From: Heterodontus francisci
Lineage: Eukaryota
Direction of reading: 5' to 3'
Assembly: GCF_036365525.1 (NCBI RefSeq)
Contig: NC_090403.1
Location: 26,235,461-26,299,460 of the forward strand
Length of the DNA: 64,000 nt
The stretch's first letter is position 1. Every line of letters starts with the position of its first letter. Under the pieces are notes generated by a model. That model saw only the letters and a program-made list of their open reading frames with translations. It was not told the DNA's origin and did no database searches. A program made the position numbers and the translations under genes. Positions 62,518 to 64,000 of the stretch are shown piece by piece.

Positions 62518-64000
62518 AAAAACTAGGACAAGCGAGCGGAAAGTCCTCTTTGCTTTTTGTTAATTCTAAATTCCTATCCACCATTTATTTTGAGACTTGC
62601 ATTATAAAATTGATGGTCTGAGTGCATAAAACAAGGCACTTCAGATGAAAAGAGGTAGAAATTATGATGTCACTTCGTGGGTGGGAGACAAAGGAATGAA
62701 TAGAGGGTCGATGGAATGTTCGGGATGCAAAGCGGCAATAAACTGAACCATTTGGTCGCTGCGTAAAAGATAATGGGAGATTGACTAACAATTTAGGTGA
62801 AGCTGTTTGTCAGCATTTATCATTGTAAATTGCTATGTTAGCATTTGAAATCCAATTTTGACATGGCAACTGCCAAACTGCCATGATATAATTGCAGCCT
62901 TTGGTCATAAGGTTGCTCTTTCCATATCTTCCTATTATTCGCTTGGAGAGAATAGTGCGAACGAATGGAAGGATTTGCAGGATTTTTAACAGTCTGACAA
63001 ATGGCGTCTTGAGCATTCCTTCCATGGCCATAAACATACCAATTGACAGATTGATCAGTCCAAGACAACAGGAGAGTATTATAGGCTCCCATAAACCATG
63101 CGGAGTATGGGGAATCCACTGGATACATGTGCACACGTGGATGTCAACCCAGAATTCAGAACCAGAATTTGGACCCTCCATTGAGACACTCTGGGACATC
63201 CCATCCTCTGACCCGAGGCAGTAATCAAAATACTAAGCCAAAGGTTCACTCCAGGCCCTGGCGTGATCCTGTGGAATAAGTCTCTGAAGTTTTCCAACAT
63301 GCATAGAAAAAATGTATATTGATGAATTGACTGTGGACAAACCCAGGGGAAATGTATTCATAAGAAATGAGAGGATAGTCAGTGAAGGGCTGTGTGCACT
63401 TGTGGATGAATGAAGACTTGTGTTTGAACAAATGGTAGAAATATTGAGATGAATACACAAAAGCAAGGATGAAGTGCATATCAGTGGACCAAAGGGAAGG
63501 GAGGATAAAACAAGTAAGTGTGAATGACAGTAGAAAATACACCTGGTCCAGATCATATGCAGTCTAAGAAACTATGAAATAAGGTCAATGAGAGAAAGAA
63601 CAAATCATAATTTTCCAATCAACTTCAGAAACAAGTATTGTGCCAAAGGATTGCAGGGTGGCAAGATATTAGACTTAATTCAACTGTATGTAACTCTATG
63701 GAGTCCATAGTATGGGGTGAAATAATTGAGAAGTCGGAGAAGCATGAGGGACAGTCAACACGAATCTGTAAATAATACTTGTGCTTGCAGAATACCGTTT
63801 AAGTTTTCAATAAGCTCACATACAAATCGACAGAAATGCAATCAGTGTTAAAGATATAGATTTTCAGAAGGTGTAAGACACTCCCACTTTTCACTCATTC
63901 TCACTCATCACACCCATTGACTGATTTCCCCGTCTGTACTCTGTGTCAGATACTCCAGTCATCTCCTGCCGCCACCCATTCCTTTTCTCCGTCCATTTCC

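Larger units (their letters stand above)
58588..64000. repeat. Tandem segmental unit 4 (partial, runs off the window)
   Basis: Colinear with units 1-3 up to the window end. Confidence 0.9.

Noticed and set aside
1-64000. CRISPR array or prokaryotic defence system with RT genes
   Set aside because: The DNA is eukaryotic. All RT sequences are non-LTR or Penelope retroelements, and no repeat-spacer array was seen.

Overview
Vertebrate genomic DNA, most likely a shark or other cartilaginous fish. This is inferred from the HE1/V-SINE-like and CR1-type repeats and from the 4-exon interferon structure. The core is a head-to-tail tandem array of intron-containing type I interferon genes on the minus strand, which the ORF track shows only as fragments. 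Four complete genes, labelled A-D here, can be assembled by hand. Each has 4 coding exons (132+90+240+99 nt), phase-0 GT-AG introns and a 186-aa product with signal peptide, four conserved cysteines and a CAWE motif. B, C and D lie in a recently amplified 11-16 kb unit. A is more divergent (about 81% aa identity to B) but shares the amplified exon 1 and promoter. A further unit runs off the right edge. Each promoter carries IRF-type and NF-kB-type motifs, and each spacer carries a Penelope-like relic, three of them with a hammerhead ribozyme motif. Most other sequence is retroelement debris (CR1, L2-like, SINEs, solo LTRs), plus two young RTE insertions with open RT frames. All alignments, counts and coordinates were done by eye, and repeat boundaries are approximate.
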